A DNA stretch of 64,000 nucleotides from the human T2T-CHM13v2.0 reference genome, Homo sapiens. The first letter of the stretch is position 1. Each line of letters opens with the position of its first letter. A model generated the notes under the pieces. That model saw nothing but the letters and a program-made list of their open reading frames with translations. It did not search any database and was not told the origin of the DNA. The stretch lies in NCBI RefSeq assembly GCF_009914755.1, contig NC_060935.1; one strand, 5' to 3'. A program made the position numbers and the translations under genes. Shown one piece after another: positions 54,878 through 64,000 of this stretch.

Positions 54878-55493
54878 CCCCCCACCCTCCACCATTTTAT
54901 AATAAGGAAACTGAGGACCAGGCAGGGAATGAGACCTGACCAGCATGTCAGTGGCAGAGCCAGGGCTGGGGGCTGAAGGCCAGCCAGTGCCCAAGCTGGA
55001 GCCCTGCAGCACCTGTAGAACAACAGCTGTGAACCGTGGTCCCCCCGCCCACCTGCAGAGTCCCCATTTTTCTCCTGAGCTTCCTCCTACCTCAGGGGGC
55101 CTTCCTAGTGATTTATTCTCCTGGGTTGTCAGTGAGATCAGGCTGACCTGGCACGTACGTGTCATGATTTACTTCCTCCTCATCCTCTGCTTCCAGAATT
55201 ATAAGAGTCATCACCATCACCATCACTGCTGTATTAATAATGGCTCATATCTGCTCAGCTCTCAGAATTTTGGAAGCACTAATCTATCCATCAGCTCATC
55301 CAAGCCATATGACAGCTCTGGGAAGGTGTTTTGCAGACAATGGCACTAAGGATCAGAGAGGGCAAGTGACCAGCCCCAGGTCACTGGGCGAGGCTGGGGG
55401 CGGTCTCCCAGGAGGAAGAAGCTGTACCACATACTTAGGAGAAGATCGGGCAAGATAACAGGGTTTAGGACAGTCCTGCCAGGAGGCTTCTTG

Positions 55494-56691
<1,198 letters not shown>

Positions 56692-58650
56692 CGTTTCATC
56701 TCTATTTCACAGATGAAGAAACAGCCTCAGAGAGCTTTGTACTGGGTCAGGGTTGAACTGACACCCAAGCTCATGCTCTTTCTGGGGCCCAGAGCTGTCA
56801 CTTTCAGGGAAGGATGCAGTTTCCAACACAGTGTGTATTCCCATAGGCTGGAGGGAGAAACTGCTGAGAGATGGAGGGAGTTGGAATCAGGGGAAGGCTG
56901 CTGTGGGGCGAAAGAGCCTGGAGGTGGTGGCTGGGGGAGGCAGCTTCCAAAGGGAGTGGTTGGAGGTAGGGAGAAACCTCCAGATGGGGTTTAAGCTGCT
57001 ACAGGGAGCACGGCAGGGGCTATACAAGGGTGGGGCACTGGAAGAGCCAGGGGCTGTGTTGAGGTTAGGTGGCTGTGCAACCTGGACACCCACCCGGCCT
57101 GCACACCTGCTCCTCTCCTCGCAGTTAGGAGATGAGCTGTGTCCTGATGGAGAAGTTGTGCCAACAAAGGCAGGGGAAGCCCTGAATGCTTGGCAGGATG
57201 GGGCCTGTTTCTCATCAACCAGCTAGAGAGACTGAAGCCTGCTTATCTAGGGAGAGATAAACAGTGACTCCCCCGTGATCTCCACACTCTCCTGGCCCCA
57301 GTCTACCAATCTGAAAAAAGGAAAGGTTGAATTAAATGAGCTCCATATTCCTTCCACCTCCGACTTCTGAGGACCAGGCATCCATCCTTGCTGCCCTTGG
57401 CTCAGATCCCAGCCCCTGCCATATACTTGACATGGAGCCTCAGGCAAGACATGAGGCCTCTGTGAGCGGCAGTGTCCTCATGGGTGAAATAAGGAGGACA
57501 TTGCCTTCCTTGAGCAGAGTCAACGAGCCATACACGGGAGTGTGTCTGCACAGCGACGGTCTGACTCCAAGGCAGCATCCAGCGGGCAGGGAAGGCTGAG
57601 GCTCTGGCTGAGGCCCTCGCTTGTCTGCCTGGCCCATGGCTCATTTTTAGATATCCCCTTCCTGGCTGCCAGGCCAGAAGGGAAGTGGGAACAAAGATGC
57701 TGAGGTGGTAGTTTGGAGCCGTTTTCAGGAAGAAGCCTCTGGGCACTCTTCCCCTTTTCACCCCGCCCACACCCCGTCTTCTGAGCCATCTCACAGTGAT
57801 CCTCAGGACAGGCCTGAGGTGGAGGGTTGGATGTCAGGATCTCCATTTAACAGATGGGAAGACAGAGACCCAGAGAGGACAAAGGATCAGCCCAAAGTCC
57901 TACAGCAGGATTATGACAGAGCTGAGACCAGCCTTGAGGTCTTTAATCTGGGCCCAGCCCTCTTCCTTTGTACCCCAGAGCAGATAGTTCTATAAAATGA
58001 AGAGTCTCCTATTTTTCCTGGTTTATCAGAAGGCATTTTCCTAAGTGGGTTGGCTTGAAGAAGGTAAGGGCTTGGGTTCTGCAAACAGCCCAGGGTTTTA
58101 TGAACAGCATCAGGCTTAGCATGAGACACAGGGCTCTGTGAATGTTATGGGGCCCTGGAAGCAGCCGAGGTTTGCAGACTGTGCTAGGCTTTTGCCAACG
58201 GCAACAGGACTCTAAAAAAGGCATCAAGTTTTGTAAACTGTGGGAATCCACAGATGGTGTTGTGATCCACACGCATCGTGGCGCTCTGTAAAATGCACCT
58301 TCATATAATACTTGAACAAAGCACAGCAAACACCATACACTGGCAAATGGCAAAGCCCAGGTGCAAACCAGTGTGGTCAAACCTCAGACCTGGGCCACTC
58401 ATAGCAGGAGCCGACTATGGGGTTCACCAGGGAGCTGGTCTGAAGGCATGTTAGCCTATGTCTCAGAGGCTCCTGGGTACCTGACCCTTGCTCAAGTTCC
58501 ACAGCTCAAGTTCAGGAATATTCTTGGACCAGGCTTTGCCAGCCTGGGGAAGTTGAGGTAATAAATGAAAGCTGCTCATGCCAGAGGCTACTGTATATAC
58601 CATGCCCTGGGGGGTATTGTGCATTGCTTGACTCAAAGATCAATGAGATA

Positions 58651-58985
<335 letters not shown>

Positions 58986-60539
58986 GATCAATCAGATAAA
59001 CTTAGCCAGACAAGCTGGTCCCCCTACCAAGACCATTCCATGCACAGAACTTCTTCAGGCCCTGGGGCCAAGGTGGGGGTAACTGGGCTTCCAGAAAGTT
59101 TAAAGGGATCTTCATACCTGTAATTTGGAGTCTGGAAGGTTGCACCCCTGCCAGTCTTCATGAGGATTCACAATGCTGACGTTCGTCAGAAGGATTTGGA
59201 GAGATAGACCCAATTTGGTTTTCTCAAGTAGGGTCTGATCAGGTCAGACCCTGGGTCAAACCCATGAGGGTCTGGTCTTTCTATTAATCCAAGCCAGTTC
59301 TTGACCTTTCTCAGTGGAATGGTCATGTACTCACATTTCTGGTTTCTCAAAGACTCATTTATTCATGTAACAAGTATCTATTGAGTGCCTCCTGAGTGCC
59401 AGGGAGATCTGTGATTATTTCACACATTCCCTACATCCTACTAGCACCCTCATACAGCAAATAGGAGCCAAGTGGAGCTGGTGTATGTTTCTCTGTTATT
59501 GCACCCTGAAAGTTAGACTCCAAACCCACATCCTCATTCCACGCAAAGACTTTATTCCAGAGACAGGGTCAGGTTCACTTCTGCATCTTGGATTTGGGGA
59601 AACCCAGATCTTCCTCAGAGAAGATATCCTGGGTGGAGGGAAAAGCCTGGTTCTATCATTAGAGGTTCAAGGCACCCACCACCTACTAGCTGGGTGATCT
59701 CTGGCAAGTTACTGAGACTCCATGCCTCATTTGTAAAATCAGGGAATAAATAACCTGATGTTACAGTGTCAAGGGGAGGACCCAGTGGGGCCTTGTGTGT
59801 GAAAGTGCTGTGCAAGCTGGGAAAGGCAAAGTGGATTTGCTTTCCCTTGCTGCCCTGTTCGGAGCCCCACCTCTGCCACTCCCTGCTCTGAGCTCCAGGC
59901 CTGCAGGCTTGGCTTCTCTGTCCTTCACCGAACCTTCACAGTGGCTCTGCAAGGGATTACTGTCCCTTCTTTATAGATGAGAGAATGGATGCTCAGGGAG
60001 ATGCTGGGACTTGCCTGAGATCACTTGACCAGCAAATAACAACTGAGGTGGGACCCAGATCTCTCTGGCTCCTGAACCTCCATCCTCAGTCCTCAGTCCA
60101 GGAAACTCTGAGAATTTCATATTTTCCATTCTCTTCCCCTCCTCCTTTGCCTAGATGGCTGAAATTGATGGACCTTCTACCATGAGCTCCACCCAGGCAG
60201 GCTGCCACTGGATACTTAGTGGACAGAGCCCCTTCTTGCTGTGGATCCTTGGAGCTCAGGGAGAAGATGAGGGATTTAGTGAGAGGGCACGTGGGCTTGA
60301 GGGGGACAGGGGTTCAGTGAAAGAGGACAACTGCTAGATGGGGGAACAAGGGCTCTCTATGGGGCCCTCCTATCAAGGGAGGGCAACAAAAGTTCTGTGA
60401 AGGGAACAAGAGCTTGGTAGGAGAAGGGCTCAGGTGGAAAATGGGAGTGCAGTGAGGAGACTGGGGGATGAATGTGGAAGGTTGGGGAGCTTGGGGAGAC
60501 CCATCAGCATCCCCCCTGTGCCCCCACCTCTCTGCTGCT

Positions 60540-60983
60540 AACAGAGCAGGGGAAAATACCTAAGGGAAATGCTGAGGCAAGAGGCTGGAAAAGGACAGGC
60601 TGAGGCTGAGCCTCAGGGAGGCGGGGTGCAGCTTCCTCTTCACAGAGAGGCTGGACTTGAACAAACCCAGCCTTCTATACAACCGTGGAGCCAGGGCAAG
60701 GGAGAGACAGAAGGAGCAAGTGACCCAGGGAGACAAACACTTGGAGATACTTGGGGCTGAGTTTGAGCAAGACTCCCTAACCTGTGTCTGGACAAGTCTG
60801 ATGTCCTGTGTGGCCCAAGAAGAACTGACCCCGTGTCTGGAGCTCCCACCGTTATTGCATCCCTGCTGTGGCTCACCTGCTGCTGTCTCCAGGAGCCCCT
60901 GAGAAGATTTGCCTCCTCTCCCCTGCTAAGCTCCAGGTCCTGAGATTGAATTAGGGGCTGGAGCTCACTGCACTCCAGCAGTC
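60540..60983 (+). promoter_or_regulatory. SLCO2B1: SLCO2B1 proximal promoter and 5' UTR of the full-length first exon
   Basis: GC box GGGAGGCGGGGT at 60616-60627, ETS-type GCTTCCTCTT at 60631-60640, NF-kB-like GGGGAAAATACC at 60549-60560; no TATA box seen. The exact TSS cannot be determined from sequence. Confidence 0.65.
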
Positions 60984-60999
60984 ATGGGACCCAGGATAG
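60984..60999 (+). CDS. SLCO2B1: First coding exon of organic anion transporter OATP2B1 (16 coding nt, M-G-P-R-I-[G]); intron 1 runs past the window end
   Basis: gcagtcATGGGACCCAGGATAG|GTAAGT: good Kozak (G at -3, G at +4) and a perfect donor at 61000-61005. MGPRIG matches the N-terminus of full-length OATP2B1, and an OR2AT-family gene upstream fits the known gene order. Confidence 0.92.
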
Positions 61000-63287
61000 G
61001 TAAGTCCGAACAAATTAAGGAAGGGCCATGGAGAGCAAGCCTGGGGGACATGTTCCCAGAGAAAAGGGTGAGGCCGTAGAGCCAGAGTGGGTGGGATGGG
61101 TGCTCACAGCTGTTGGCACAGAGCCAGGCACATGGCCGGAGTTCAGTGAAGGTGTGTTAAATGAATGAGTGAATGACTGGAGGAGCAGGAAGGGACACGA
61201 TTTACTCAGCTGGAGCCAGGGAACCCAGCCAAACCTCGTTGATGAGACCGAGACTTAGAGGACAACAGAAAGACAGGCCCCTGACCCCCTCTTCAAGCCG
61301 TTTCCCCTCTCAAAGGAGACAAAGATAGAGACAGACAGAGCAGAGAAAAAGAGAAAAGTGTAGTCAGACAGTGCAGACAGGCAGGCTCAAACGAAGAGGC
61401 ACACAGGAGGTCGGAGAACGCAATATCAACAGGTATCAGTGAGAGAATGCAGGGAAAGGTAGGGAGGTCAAACCGGGAGAGAGGGCTGCAGCAGAGACTG
61501 GGAGAGACAAAGAGGCAGGAGACAGAGCAGGAAAGAGAATCAGACGGGGACAGGTGACGGAGAGCTACAGACAGACCTGCAGGCAGCATCAGAAGATCCA
61601 CCCAGAAGACCAGGAGATTGAGAGTGACCTGCAGAGACCTGCATGGGTCTCTGTGCAGTGAGGTCTCTTACTATAGAGTGGGGAGGAGGCTGGAGGAAAA
61701 AGGTCTTGAAGCTCTGCCTGCAGGGTGACAAGGAATCGCCTTGTAGCGAGGGCAGTGTTTCTGGGAACAGAGCACCTGGCCCAACACTTTCTGGGAAGGC
61801 AGTATGGGTAGAAGAAACAAAGGATCTTTCTACTGGGAGAACTCCAGGTTAGACGCCCTATAGCAGTCACCTTTGGCCTCTTTCCCAGCTGTTGATCCTC
61901 CCCTGGGCTGTGTGAGCCTCACAGCCATTTGGGCAAGGCCCCACTTGCTCCCAGAAGCCCAGCAGGGAGAGCTTCATAGGCCATGGAGACAGACCCAGCT
62001 GAGGAGCAGCTGCAGGGACTCCAGGAGAACGCAGCCATGGCTTGGGGACTGCAGTACGGCAGGAAGGGTGGGATGGATGCCTCCTCTCGGGGCACCTCAC
62101 AGGACAGATGAGAATGAGGTCAGATTTGGGTGGGATGGTTGGGGAGGCGGTGTGAATGGGCCATTGACAAACCAAATTCCCCATCAGCCTTGGCTCAGTA
62201 TGGATGGGAGGGATGGAGAGCGGGGAGTGTGGGAACTAACTAGAGACTTTGGCTGCACTACACCTCCCCACAAGTCCCCCCAGTACTATTTTTCTGACCC
62301 CTGCAGGGCCCAGCTCTGGAATATTCTCCAGGTGCCCACTGACCTTCCACACAGACAGCAGGAAGCTGACCCCAGCATCTGCCTGGTGGGCCATTGGGTG
62401 CCATCTCTAGCCTTGCTTCCCGAGACCCATTCTGGGCTGTGGCCAGGCTCACCACACTACTCTGAGGGGTGTGGGAATGTGGGTGGGGTAGGACACAGAG
62501 CCTGCAGCCTGGGAAGAGTCCCCAAGGGAGAGGGGAAGCTGTCCCAGTCAGGGCAGACACCAGAGAGGAGTGAAGTTCAGATCCGGCTCCAGCAGAGCCC
62601 CTCCACCCACTCACCACATACCCCTTAGGCAGCAGTTTCCCTGCAAGTGCTGGGGCAGCCATTCACACACACACAGTCTGACTCAGAGATTTCATCTTCC
62701 CACCTGTTCACCTTTGCTCAGGAAGCCCCTGCCCACATCCCATTCTGGTGACATTTGCCCTGTTTTCCAACTCTTCCAAATGCCAACTCCTCCAGGAAGC
62801 CGTTCCAGATTCTTCCAGCTGGGGGTAACCTCTCCCATATGCTGTTTGATGACCTTCTCTTTGAGGTTCATCCCTCCTTGTTTCCGGTGTTGCTCTTCCT
62901 CTCTCCAGCCCAACTGTGTTCAAATGTAAGCCATTCTAGGGCAGACAGGTGGGGCGAGGGAAAGAACCAGCAGTCCCAGGTTCAAATTCCAGCACTGCAT
63001 CACTGGCTTTAAGAGAACTCAGTGAAATGTCCTTCCCCTTTTCAATAGGTGAGAAACTGATGCTCAGAGGGGGCAAGCAAGGTCCAAGCTCACCCCAAAG
63101 TAAACAGCAGAGTGGAGGCCAGCCCCCAGGTCTGCCTGGTACCAGAGCTCTTCCTCTCCGTGCCATTGCCCTTGTGGTTTCTCTTCCCTTCCACCAATCC
63201 CACACAGGGTGAGCATGGCCAGGGAAGGAGATAGCACTGCAAATGCTTAGAAAAGTGACTACACCTGCATGTCTGTGGAGCTAGTAA

Positions 63288-64000
<713 letters not shown>

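Noticed and set aside
61873-62628. 251-aa ORF in SLCO2B1 intron 1
   Set aside because: Non-ATG start, no recognisable domain, GC-rich intronic sequence where long ORFs arise by chance.

Overview
Primate (almost certainly human) genomic DNA, rich in repeats: about 40 Alus, one full-length L1PA4-type element, several LTRs, and old L1/L2/MIR fragments. I recognise it as the interval between the OR2AT olfactory-receptor cluster and SLCO2B1 (11q13.4). The only functional coding sequence I can support is the first coding exon of SLCO2B1 (ATG at 60984, MGPRI, GTAAGT donor at 61000). A heavily disabled OR2AT-family pseudogene (probably OR2AT1P) lies on the minus strand at about 40460-42031. Almost all other ORFs in the track are repeat or low-complexity artefacts. 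The most interesting unexplained structure is an ancient, collinear non-coding module present three times (cores at about 6.1-6.8, 18.0-18.7 and 45.0-45.4 kb). It has paired homeodomain sites, O/E-like sites, a TATA-like element and a minus-strand splice-donor position, as expected for an OR promoter and 5' exon. One copy sits upstream of the pseudogene, one points towards an OR left of the window, and one has no coding exon, suggesting a lost OR gene. An LTR12C next to the first copy, CTCF motifs and a PU.1/AP-1 element are further regulatory candidates. I see no evidence for a novel protein-coding system. Repeat subfamily names are from recalled consensus sequences, not from a database search.
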